Part shown: piece after piece, positions 37,906 through 49,100 of the stretch | Layout: every line of letters starts with the position of its first letter | How positions within the stretch are numbered: the first letter of the stretch is position 1 | Source of the DNA: Vicugna vicugna | Taxonomy: Eukaryota | Direction: 5' to 3' | DNA: 64,000 nucleotides | Assembly: GCA_013265495.1 (NCBI GenBank) | Contig: MU057887.1 | Coordinates: 1,189,985-1,253,984 of the forward strand | Notes under the pieces: model-generated | The model's input: only the letters and a program-made list of their open reading frames with translations | The model's database searches: none | What the model was told of the DNA's origin: nothing | Position numbers and translations under genes: made by a program

Positions 37906-37967
37906 CTTGGAATATTTCTTCTGCCCCATTCTTGGTCTTGGAATATTTCTTCTGCCCCATTCTTGGT
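37906..37967. repeat. Exact 31-bp tandem duplication
   Basis: cttggaatatttcttctgccccattcttggt twice (37906-37936, 37937-37967). Confidence 0.9.
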
Positions 37968-38426
37968 CTCTCTTTTCCCGCGGAGATTCCAACTGCAAAC
38001 CCGTTAAACTTGGGTACTATCCGCGATTCTTGGACCCCCGTTCTGGCTTTGTTTTTTCACTCTTCCCTCTCTCTCTGTTTCAGTCCGGGTAACTTCCACC
38101 GGCCTGGCCTCAGGTGCATCGGTTCCTCCCCCCCGGTGTGTCAGATCGGCCGCCCTGCCCTCGGAAGGCTCGCGTCTCCGCAGTGCTCTTTACTCCCAGC
38201 GCCTCCGCTGGGCCTCCCTCCCCGTTAGCGCAGCGCGCCGCGGCAGGGAGGGCCGCGACGAGCCCGACTCGGTCCCGCCGCCCCCTTCCGCGTCCTCCTT
38301 CCCGCCCCGACGCCGCGGGCAGCTGCCCGGAAGCCCGCAGGCCGGGCCGGGCGAGCGGGAGGCGCCGGGAGGGACCCGGGCCAGGCCGCGCACGTCCCCG
38401 CCAAGCCGCCAGGCCGCGCCACTTAC

Positions 38427-38480
38427 CTCTGCCGCCGTCGCCCGGCCCAAAGCGCGTGCGCGGCCACGCCCCCATGTCGC
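38427..38480 (-). other. CDPF1: Probable non-coding first exon of CDPF1 (5' end approximate)
   Basis: Consensus donor GAG|gtaagt (acttac at 38421-38426) inside the CpG island; the ATG-bearing exon needs an upstream exon. Confidence 0.7.
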
Positions 38481-38572
38481 GCCCCCCGTCTGACACGTGC
38501 GCGGCCACGCCCTGTCCGCTGCCCCGGCCCCCGGCCTCTCTCCGCGCCCCTCCGTTCGCTCTGGGCGCGTGC

Positions 38573-38669
38573 GCGGCGCGGAGGAGGGCGGGGCGGCGCG
38601 GAGGAGGGCGGGGCGGCGCGGAGGGGGTCCGCCTAGCCTTCCGCCTAGCCTTCCGCCTCGCCTTCCGCC
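38573..38669. repeat. Adjacent minisatellites: 20-mer x~2.6 and 12-mer x~3.4
   Basis: gcggcgcggaggagggcggg repeats, then ccgcctagcctt repeats. Confidence 0.9.
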
Positions 38670-39039
38670 GCAGAGAGTCTTGGTGGACCCAGCTTTCGGG
38701 TTGGCGACGGCCGTCAGGGCCTTCGCGAGTCCCGGCTAGTTCAAGCGGACTGGGCTTGCTGTCCTGGCGGCTCGGAGGCTCTCAGCCTCTTTTCGGGGGT
38801 TTCCACCGGGCTCCTCAAAGTTGATGCCGCCGGTACACGGCGCAGAGAACTACCCCATCCTCCCTCAGCCCCACGTGGTTTAGCCCACCGCGCGCCTGCG
38901 ACCCAAATGCGGTGGTCTTGGTTCTCGTGCTCCGTGTTCCCCCTTAGGACGGGAGCCCGGGGGCCTGGGGCCAGGGCGCAGGCAGTGGCGACGGTGTCCC
39001 CGTAAGGCAGCCGACAAAATGGGTTCAAAACAGCCCTTT

Positions 39040-39645
39040 TGCTAGCGGATAGAGAGGCAACCCCCCGGCCCCCTTAAATTATGGAGTCCACCAAAAGTGT
39101 GGGCTCTTGTCTGCTGGCTGAGAAGGAATTCTCAGAAGAGGCAGAGGGACAAAGTGAAAGGCTGCTTTATTGCTCAAAAAAAAAAAAAAGAAAGAAAAAA
39201 CAAGAGTCGGGGAGCCATAAGCCCAGGTGGCTTGACCAAGAACCCCCACTTTTGGGGTCTCGGCTGGGTCCTTTTATCCATCTTTTTTGTGGCTTATCTC
39301 CTTCCATTGGCTGCTCTTTTCCTACTTGTTTTCCAGTTTGTTCTGCTCTGTGGAACAGACACTGCAAATAACAAGATCAGGTAACTGGGGATCCTCAAAA
39401 CAAGGTAGTTAAGCTAACACAGTGTGGTCAAGCTAGATCAAGCAAGACCCTTAAACAATGTGGTCATATAGATTAGATCTAGTCAGGGCTTTCTGTTCCT
39501 TCAGGGTGGCTTTTTCCATTAGCCAAGCAAAGGTATTTCCTAAGGCCAAGTATAGGTTAATTTTAAACAGGTTAGTATTAAACCTTTAAAGAAGTCTCTA
39601 GACAGCAGGTCCTGGTTTCTATTCTCTGGCTCCTTCCCTCCCTCA
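39040..39645 (-). mobile_element. Solo ERV LTR (copy A, ERV1-like)
   Basis: TG...CA ends, 4-bp TSD cttt/ctgt; minus-strand CCAAT (39306-39310), GATAAAA (39272-39278) and AATAAA (39166-39171); homologous to 54914-55545. Confidence 0.8.
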
Positions 39646-40509
39646 CTGTTGCTTCCTGTGACCTTTAAAAACTGCATCCAGGACTTGTCCCCGTGTTCCT
39701 GCAAAGCCTTAAGTGGCTGGCGACGCCCATGGTCATCTGGGCCCACCATCCTTCAACCTCCAGATCCTCATCTTGAAGCACCAACCATGCCAGCTCCTAA
39801 AGTTTCCCCTGGACCCTCCTAAGCTCCCCCTGCTCCGAGCCTCAGGTAATCTCTTCCCTCGACCTGTAATGGCTGTCGCACCCTACCCCCGGCCCCTCTA
39901 CTCACGTGTATGCAGGGCACCGTCCTAGGGGTTAGGGGATGATTCTAAAGCCAGTAGCCCTGGAACTTTTCTCTTTGGGGAATTGAAAAAGAAGGGTTAT
40001 AGGAAGTATCTCAGTAATGCTGGGAACAAAAACAACTCCTGGACTTGAGCAAGAGGCATTCCTGCCCTGAGCCTCAGGAGTTAGCAAGCACTTTGATTTT
40101 GCTAGTAGAACATATGACCTCAACTATGCTTACAGCAATGACATTCTTTGAATCAATTCAAAGATGATATAATGGGGTTTGGGGGGGTTTTCTGGATCTG
40201 TCCAAAGATGGGCCATCCTGATGAAGCATTTCAAATCTGACCTATAACCACTCTCAAACACATGACTGGTAATCCCATGAATGTTGTCAAAGCCATTAGA
40301 CAATTTAGACAAGTTACTAGATGCACTAGAAGAGTTAAGTGAAATATATTCAAAGAGTAAATCGTGGTCTTCGGCAGAAAGTAAAGTTAATTTTGATTTG
40401 AGCTGTCCACAGTTACTAAAATAAGAAAAAGCTTTCCAAAAATCCAAAAGAATTAAAAATATCTCTAAAGCTTTAGGACAAAATTGGTTTCCCAAAAGAA
40501 ACTACCTGT

Positions 40510-41810
40510 GAAATAAGGACTAAATAAAGAAAATGAAAAGCCACAGAATAGGATAAAATATTTGCAAAAGATACGATAAAGGACTGTTATCCAAAATAAA
40601 CAAAGAACTTTTAAAGCTTAACAGTGAGAACACAAACAACCCAATTATAAAGGGACCAAAGACCTTAACAGACACCTCACTAAAGAAGATACACAGTGGA
40701 GAGGGTAGAGCTCAGTGATAGAGGGCAGGCTTAGCACACACAAGGTCCTGGGTTCAATCCCCAGTACCTCCATTAAAATAAATAAATATATAAACTTAAT
40801 TACCTCCCCCATAAATAAATAAATATTTTAAAACATTAAAAAATAAACTTAAAAATAGAAGTTACACAGATGACAAATAAGCATATGAAAAGATGTTCCA
40901 CATCCTATGTTATCAGGGAAATGGAAGTTACAACAACAATGAGATACCACTGTACACCTGTCAGAATGGCCAAAATCTGGAACACTGGCAACACCAAATG
41001 CTGGTGAGGCTGTGAAACACCAGGAACTCATTTATTGCTAGTGGGAGTGCAAACTGGTACAGCCACTTTGGAAGACAGTTTGGCACTTTCTTACATACTT
41101 TTACCATGTGACCTGGCAATTGCACCCCTTGGTATTTACCGAGAGGAGTTGAAAACTGACATCCATACAAAAACCTGCACACCGGTGTTTATTACAGCTT
41201 TACTCATATTCATAATTGCCAAAACTTGGAAGCAACCAAGATGTCCTTCAGTAGGGCAATGGATAAATTGTGGTCCACCCGAACAATGGAATATTATTCA
41301 GCACTAAAAAGAAATGAGCTAACAAGCCATGATAAGACATAGAGGAAATTTAAGTGCACATAACTAAATGAAAGAATCCAATAGGAAAAGGCTACATAAG
41401 TGTATGATTTCAGCTCTGTGACATTCTGGAAAAGACAGAACGATGGAGTCAGTGAAAGATCAGTGGTGGCCGGGGTTAGGTGGAGGGCGGGGTAAATGGT
41501 GGGGCACAGAGGGTTTTTAGGGCAGTGAAAACTCTGCAGTTACTGCAATGGTGGGTACATGCCATTATACATTTATCCAAACCCACAGACTGTGTAACAC
41601 TGAGTGAACCTAGTGTAAGTTATGGACAAGGAGTGATTATGACAGGTCAACATAGGTTCGTCATTTATAACCAGTCTACCAGTCAGGGCATGTGAATAAT
41701 GGGCAAGGCCATGCCATGTGTGGGGGCAGAGGGATACGAGAAATCTCTGTACTTCCCCATCAATTTTGATGTGAGCCTAAAACTGCTCTAAAAAATAAAG
41801 TGCATTTTAA
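40510..41810 (+). mobile_element. Old L1 (L1M) 3' portion
   Basis: ORF2 C-terminal relic (IAKTWKQPRCPSVGQWIN) and 3'UTR ending ctaaaactgctctaaaaaataaagt. Confidence 0.85.
40697..40856 (+). mobile_element. Vic-1-like SINE inserted in L1
   Basis: SINE consensus flanked by TSD agaagatacacag / agaagttacacag. Confidence 0.9.
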
Positions 41811-42229
41811 AGAAAAGCACTGAAATGACATTCAAATACAACATGGAGAAATGAGAACTAGGAAACAATAACATCTGCTGAAGCCTGAAGGGTTTTCACG
41901 CACAAATAATCCTGAAACTGACCTCTGCAGAGACTGTTGTCTGGTCCCTGTGGATCAAGGCAAGGTCTCTGCTGGAGAGAGGTTTGAACAAAGTGAGCAA
42001 CCTACTGCGGTGTTCAGTTTTCCTTATGGTATCTCAGCGCTGGAAAACGTGAAAGGAGAAAAACCTGAGAAATACTGGATGGCCCTGGATGTGCTGTAAG
42101 GAATGGTGATAATAGTGAAATAATGATGACATTTATATGATGAAATGAAAATACAATATTTTTTGCAATGATGGTATTTTATATGCACCTTCCTTATAAT
42201 GTTTACCCACGATATCAAGATTCATGGTT

Positions 42230-42390
42230 CAATTCTAAATCTAAAGCGTTAAGAATTTTATTGACAATTCCGCTTGCTACTCCCTCTGCAGAGTGTGGTT
42301 TCTCCCAACTGAAATCATTAAAAAACTATCTACAAACATTTATGATTCAGAAAAGTTTGTCTAACTTGGCACTATGGCCAAGAAGACATA
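42230..42390 (+). mobile_element. hAT transposase C-terminal dimerisation-domain relic
   Basis: ALRILLTIPLATPSAECGFSQLKSLKNYLQTFMIQKSLSNLAL resembles the hATC pattern LT.P.T.aSAERsFS.LK.iKnYLRs.M.Q.RLs.LA. Confidence 0.75.
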
Positions 42391-43797
42391 TTTATGTGAA
42401 AATCCTTATTATTATCAACACCATAATTTTTCTGAAACAAAGCAATAAAAATAAAATTTTTTTTAAATATACACACAATAATTTACGGATTCGGTATGCT
42501 TTTTACTCATCCAAGGATCAGTGGCTCATCAACAGGACAGCCAGAGCTACAGAGTGATTCAGTTATCATCGACATTTTGCCCATTTTCATCTATATGAAA
42601 ACCATAGCTTTACATATAATTTTTTATTTTGTCCTTATGAAAGTGTATAAGTCCATATTTATGTAACATATTTTATTTAATGGTTTGTAAGCCTGTTTTA
42701 TAACCTTTAAGTATTTAGACATTTAGATATTTGTCACCCTGCCCCGGGCTCCCACAATGTTAGGGGTGGGTTTGCCGGGGAATATAATTACCTATACGTT
42801 GTGGCATATTTATACAATTTACAAAATGTTGTATAAATATGGTCTTAAAAGAATCCCTTATAAGCTTTTTCAAAGTCGCAGTACTAAACAAGTATTGTAC
42901 ATTGTGTATTTAAAGGGAAGACTGAGAAAGGAAATTTGGAAATCAAAAAATAAGGAATTGAATGCAGATTAGAATCTGAAGCAAAGCATTGCTAATAGCA
43001 ACTAAAGAGGGGTACCGTGGAGGATTAATCCCTGACACACCTCATTTCCCTGTTAAATGCAATCTTATTCATCCCTTTCTCCATTTCTGCCGGTAAAAAT
43101 TAAGGTCAAAAGGCAGGCATTTTGCTTTTAGTGCTAATGAAATCCCAGAAGCAGGCCTTAGTTTTTAAGTAAACTCTTAGAAATGTAACATACATCCAGA
43201 AAAGTACACATTTCCTAAACATTCAGCAAGATGGATCTCCGCATAAATGCAACAGAGACACCAGCGCCCAGACGAAGTCTCCCACACACAAGACACTGGC
43301 GGGGAGAGTCTGGTCCTCTGTGGGTTGCTGGTGGGAGGAAGCATTTAGTGACCAGATAGTGTTGCCAACGGGCAAAATGTCTTTCAAGTTGTATAGTTTT
43401 AAAGTAAATACCTAACAATTTAATATACATACAGAAACAAGCCTTACAAATGCAAGTCTTCATAATTAAAGGGTTTGAGGTAGATGAAAGGCATGTAGCT
43501 ACAGAGAGAGAGATTGCTCTGTACATAAAACCTGTTCAACGACCCAGTTATTGAGGTGCTACTTTGAGAACAAATCCAAGAACACTTATCATGCTTTCCT
43601 GTGCAATGCAGACTTGGGAGGGTATTTATAACTGTTTCTAACTTGTTCTGGAATATACCTTCCCTATTCCTGGAAATGCGATGAGAACAAAGGAATCTTA
43701 AAAGACTCCTTCAGAAATTGTTGCCATGTCCTATGAAAATGACCTTCAAAAGAAACCTGAATTTTGATCTGTTTCACTTGTTACTTTGTCTTCCTGA

Positions 43798-44232
43798 TGT
43801 TAACCTAAAACAATAAAACGGCCAGTTGGTCTTACCAGCAAAATGGGTTTATTTGGGAGCAGCAAAGAATTGCAATTTGGGACATCTGAGTCCGACAAAG
43901 CAAAGGAGAGGAAACTTTTATAGAGGAGAAGGGGAAGTTGGGAGGAGCTGTTATAAATACAAAGTCCACTGGAGGAAAATGCAAGCAGAAAATACAGTGG
44001 CTTTTCAATGGCTGACCTGTGACATCTCTCCCAGGCTGCACTGCTGCCAGGCAAGGAGAAAAATCTTCCTTCCTTCCTCCTGCTCGTGGCGGTAGTATTA
44101 CTCCTACCCGAGATGCGAAGTCCATCTCTTCCTGCTGGGACGGGTGCTGACCTGAGTGGTATGTGCATGAGGGCGACCCCTTCTAGCCGCCTGACTTCAT
44201 TTTAGTGAGGTTTCCCTTTATCGGTTTTGTCA
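43798..44232 (-). mobile_element. Solo ERV LTR of a second family
   Basis: TGTT...TCA ends, perfect 4-bp TSD ctga (43794-43797, 44233-44236); minus-strand TATAAAAG (43915-43922) and AATAAA (43848-43853). Confidence 0.8.
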
Positions 44233-45352
44233 CTGATAATGTTATCATTGGCATCTCTAAACTCTATAAATGCTTCATTGCTCCATCACGTTAGAAGGCC
44301 CTGGCACTCTTCCTACCCAATATGCAGGGGAAGAGTGTAGACTTCTCACGGTAACGAGAAGTTCAGCGTCTCGTCCGTCCTGGTCCTCATTCAGATGCCC
44401 TCCACACTCGTCCCTGGACTGCCCACTTGGGCCGTTTATGACCCTGAACTCACAGCTCTGAGTCATGAGATGCTAAGCTGACCTGGGGGGCTTTCCTTCA
44501 GGGAAGGGAGGCCAACTAGAGTAACCCTGAGCCTCCCACAGGGAGAAGGCAGAGACCTTAGCCCACTCCTACATTTGGGGAGAACATCTGGGCACCCCCA
44601 CTCACAGAGTAGACAAGTCTGCCTTGCCTGCCCCAGTCTTTGCAGCCTTTCAGGAGAGGCCGGCCCCACACCACCTGCAACTGGGGCGGAACCCCAGCTG
44701 GCTCCCGTCACTAGAAAAGTCGTCATGTGGCCCCCATGTTTACTATTTTTCTCAACCTGTTCAGAAGTCAGGAGGTAAGGAGAGGTGCTAACTGTGAACG
44801 TGCACGTCAGTCAGAATCACTGGGCCAGAACCAGGCAACTTCCCGCCAAAGGAGTCAGAAAATCCAGATAGGACCTTCTGACCCTAACTGTGAGCGGCCC
44901 TGGGGGAGCCACAGAACCTCCCCATTTTCTCACCTGGCGGAGAAGACCACTCCCCGCGTCCAATTCTGAGAACCCCCCTTGGGAGGAAACAATGGAACGC
45001 GTGCACACGTGTGTGTGTGAGTGTGTATATTTGCACGTGCATGTGTGTGCATGCCTGCCAAGGTGCGGCATGCAGTTGGCCATTCCAGTGCAGCTCAGGA
45101 TTACAGGGACGCCAAGCAAGCCACACATGCCTGGGACACAGCTGCCGCCCACCTGTGCTGTCCCTCCACGTTGAGGGCAGGACCATCTGGGCAAATGACC
45201 TTCTTACAGAAATCACTGCACGTCTCATAGAAGAAATCTCACATTTAATTCTGATCAAGCTTAAAGTGGCATCTACATAAATGAACATGCTTCTGAGTGA
45301 AAATATATAACAGATGCTAGCCCATTTTTCTTAAGCACTAAACCACGTTTTC

Positions 45353-45358
45353 TTTATT
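45353..45358 (-). terminator. PKDREJ: Probable PKDREJ polyadenylation signal
   Basis: First minus-strand AATAAA I found after the stop, ~780 nt downstream. Confidence 0.55.
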
Positions 45359-46139
45359 ATTCCTAAACAATCCACCGAAAGCCCAAATCCTGGATGTATA
45401 TATTGCTATATTCATTATACAGAACGTCTGCCATCTGTCAGTGTGAACCTCCCCACACACCTTCTTGTTTAACTCATGGCCAGAAAATGTTACTAAATTT
45501 TACATCTTTAACTTCCAGTGGCCTTAAGGAGTCCGTGTGAAGCTTCAGGTTTCTGACGCTGGCTCACACCCTTGCATTCCCAAGCAAGAGGGCAAAGCCT
45601 GCAACTCCTCGCAAGGCCACTCCAGCCCTGGCCCAGCTGGAGCATGGGCGGTGGGGGTAAGGAGGGTGGGGGAGGCCCTGCAGCGCTGGTCTGCAAAGGG
45701 AACCAGCCGCAGGGCTGAGGGCCCGGCGGTGGGTGGGGGTGCTCTGCTCTTCCAGTCCCAGGAGAGGGGCACAGAGCAGCAGAAGCATTCTCCTGCTGCT
45801 TCAGGCGAGGAGGGGTGAAGAGGGGGGAATTCAGCTCCCTCCCCCAAATCAGGGTCTCTAACCCTCTAAACTACAGTGGGTTCCAAAGACACCTACTTCC
45901 CAGCTAGAGGAAAATCAACCCAGGATTCACAGGCTGTCACCCTCTCTCCCTACAGGCTGCACTGCACTCCGACACCCTCCTTTCACGTTCCCCAAAGTGG
46001 AGGCCAAGAGAGGGGTCCTTCCAAATGTGCATTGTGAAGGATATGGGCAGAGAGCACGGCTGAGCCACTGAACGTTCCTTAATCCCCTAAGGAGAGCCCC
46101 TGGGAGAAACGTGTCTGCAGGCCTTGAGACCGTCATGGA

Positions 46140-49100
46140 TCACACGACCAGATAGACCATTTTCTTGCCATTGATGTTTCTGGTCTTCAGCCCCAGATAG
46201 CGGCGGCTGCTCTTCTCTGGCTGCCCGTACACCATGTTGATGAAGAACTCAGGTTCGTCTTCCTCCTTGGATCGAAGGGACAGAAAGCCGAACATGCTTC
46301 TTAGCTTGCGACACAGGTAGGTCATTGCTTCTGCCTCTTCTGATGGTTCCTCATACACCGGCTGCTTCATTTCCTCGTAGGCAGACAGAATCACTGCCTG
46401 AAATAAGTTGATCAGTATGCAGATCATCACCAGCATGAAAGATGAGAGGAACAGGACGCCAAGAACCCTGTTACTGGAAAGCTCTGTGTTCTGAAAAGCT
46501 GAAACGCAGCAGGAGAATATCGTCTGCGCTGCGCGAATCATGTTACTGTAGTTCCATTCATGCTGACCGAATACCAGGTAGCCAAGCGCCATGTACACGA
46601 AGAAATAGGCGGACACCACCAACGCCATGTGGCAGATGCCGTGAAGGGCAGCCTGGATGGCCCTCTGAGCCAGACGTACATCATAAAAGACCCGGGAATA
46701 CCTGAGGGTCTTCAGAATTGTCAGAAATAACAGGAAACCCAACATCACCCTCATGATGTGATCCACTTGAGAAACTGCATGAAAGGGAATGAAATCCTTC
46801 GAGTTTGCCAAGTAAAACTGAATTATGCTGGTGGCCAGGAAGTGTTTCCTGAAAAAGAGCACAATCAACACGGTGAAGATGCATTTTAAAGCAAAGTTGA
46901 GCAAATTGTACACACTTGTCACGTAGGAGGCCCCTTCCTGCATAATGACGTACCCCTCGTCAACGATGTAGGCAGCAAAAAAGATGAGGATGGCCGCGTA
47001 CAAGTAGATTTCCGCCGAAGTCTTCGGGTTGAAGTCAGCAAGGGAGAAGGAGTACGCGGACAGGCTTGTGTTCACAACTCCTAACTGAGAGACCTCAAAG
47101 ATGACAGAGACGCAGCAGAACAGGCTGGCGTCTGGGTTGTAAGTTGTCAGCTCCAAAATCACAGCCCATGTCTTCTCATCCAGCCACTTGCTATTCTGGA
47201 GTTCCTTGAGCCTCAGTGTGGAATTAAACTGCTGCTCTTCGGGAAAAAAATAGAACACATACCCTCCTGACCCGTAAGTTTGCAGCAGCCCGTAGGAAGA
47301 GTACGCCCATCTCTTTTCTGGAGGCTTGTAAGTAAACCCTTTGGCATTCTTGTCCACGGCCCGCTTACCAACTCTATTCCAAGAGCCAGAGTAGCTTTTT
47401 GTGTCTTCTGGGTCGGTGCCGTATTTGGGGTGACAGCGAATCTCTCCTTGGAGGCTGCTCTGCGCGAAGTGTTTGGCAGGCAGGCAGGCTTTCTCTCCAG
47501 GCACCGCCCTCACCTGCCTCATCAGCGGCAGGCCGAGGATTTTAGAGGAGCTGTCAGGCAGAAACGTTGGATCCAGGTTGTTGTGGAGCAGAGGCAACAG
47601 CACGCTGTTCAGCCATGGGAAGATGCCTTCCAGCTTGGTCACCGTCGCCAGGTCCATGGAGAACTGATCGTGAATAAACTGGTTATAGTAAAAGCAGTCA
47701 GTGTGGCGCAGGAGGGCGACAAGGCCCAGCAGGAGGGCCAGAAAGATGAAGTGAGCTAGAATGTAACTCAGGAAGAGGAACGCCCTTCTCTTGATCCTCT
47801 TCTTCCTTTGGAAGATCCTGATTTCGTCCTCTGTGAGGGGCTGGTACATCCGGGAGCCCCGGATTCGGCTGACGTGCTCATGCTGCCTGCGCATCTCCTC
47901 CGGGTCCGTCGTGATGCTCTGCAGCCTGATCTGGGTGTAGCGATAGTTACTGATCCAAGGAAGGTTTTTACAGTACTTGGGCTTATTTGTCCTCATGCCT
48001 GACAGGAGAATAATTTTCAGTGGTTGCACCAGAAAAACTGACTGAGTGAATGAGCAAAACGATGCAAAGAGCCATTCTATTGACTTCTCGTAGCCGTATG
48101 TCAGTCCGTAAAATACAATAAAGAAGGAGGACACACTACAAGTGGCAAACACCAAGAACCACGCAACGTGAACACACCACCAAGGCAGAACCACCCGGGG
48201 CTTCTCTTCGAGGGCTGGAGGATCCGGTGGGGGAGGAGCCTTTTCAGGATGAGCGCTCTGGTTATCGTCAATGTTTGGGTTGTTGGCATTTTCATTTTTT
48301 CTGGAGGTGTCGGAGACCTTGCTGTCTGCTCTCTTAACCTGCTGCCGTGTTTTAGAGGTGGCCCGGGCAGGAGCCTTACGACGTCCAGGCTTTCTCTTTG
48401 GGGGAGGCTTTTTAGGCTTCCTGGACTGTGCCTTGGCAGTTTCGCGAGCATGCCACTTTTCCAGACGCTCTTCCCAGTGCCCACTTGCGGCTGATGACAC
48501 AGCAGGCTTCTGGGGAGACACCTCGCTTAGAGGCACCTGAGGTTCCCTCTGGGAATAGACGAACAAAGATATGATGGTTACCTGCACGGGGATCGTAATT
48601 AGGACACTTTCCAGCCCTATTATCATGGACCTGATGTACTTGCTGCTTTGGGGCTCGGGTTCTTTTTGTCTGTTCAGATTGAAGAACATAATATTGCAGA
48701 GCAGGGAGGAGAGCAACATCGCTAAACAGCAGGACAGCCTCTGGAGCCTGCTGAACGGCTTAGCCACGACGCTGGAAAAAATGGAGAACCACAGGTGACT
48801 TCTCCCCAGGCTGTAACTTGCATCTATGAGGAAAAAGTCCTTTCTTGTAAGAGGCTTGTCTGGGTGGGTAGCGTGAAACGTTCTGTCCAAAGTGGTGTCT
48901 ATCGAAAGCCATTTCCGGCACATGAACAGCCAGATGTTCCTGCTGAACAGACTCTCCACTTTGATTCTACTGAGATACCAGCTCGGGGATCTGCCTTCAT
49001 TGTTGTGCCACACGCGGATGGAATGGATGTCTCCCAGGTCATTCTGTGTCGTCAGGAGGAAAGTGTTGATGCTTCCACGGCAGAGGACTGTAAACTGTGG

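Larger units (their letters stand above)
38130..39010 (-). promoter_or_regulatory. CDPF1: CpG-island promoter of CDPF1
   Basis: Very high GC and CpG; GC boxes, two gcggccacgccc Sp/KLF-like motifs, NRF1-like gcgcgtgcgc, E-box cacgtg. Confidence 0.85.

Noticed and set aside
38110..38824. Long Pro/Arg/Ala-rich ORFs in CpG islands (also 52312-53283 and 57043-58154)
   Set aside because: Stop-codon scarcity in very GC-rich sequence; low complexity
42168..42557. Domesticated hAT (ZBED/ZMYM-like) gene
   Set aside because: Only ~50 codons resemble the transposase, the ER motif is altered and the frame degenerates on both sides
43103..43115. DR1/PPRE-like AGGTCA-A-AAGGCA (and a DR0 at 18544-18555)
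   Set aside because: Imperfect half-sites are expected by chance in 64 kb and there is no supporting context
44998..45055. Alternating purine-pyrimidine tract (Z-DNA candidate)
   Set aside because: Ordinary interrupted (TG)n microsatellite
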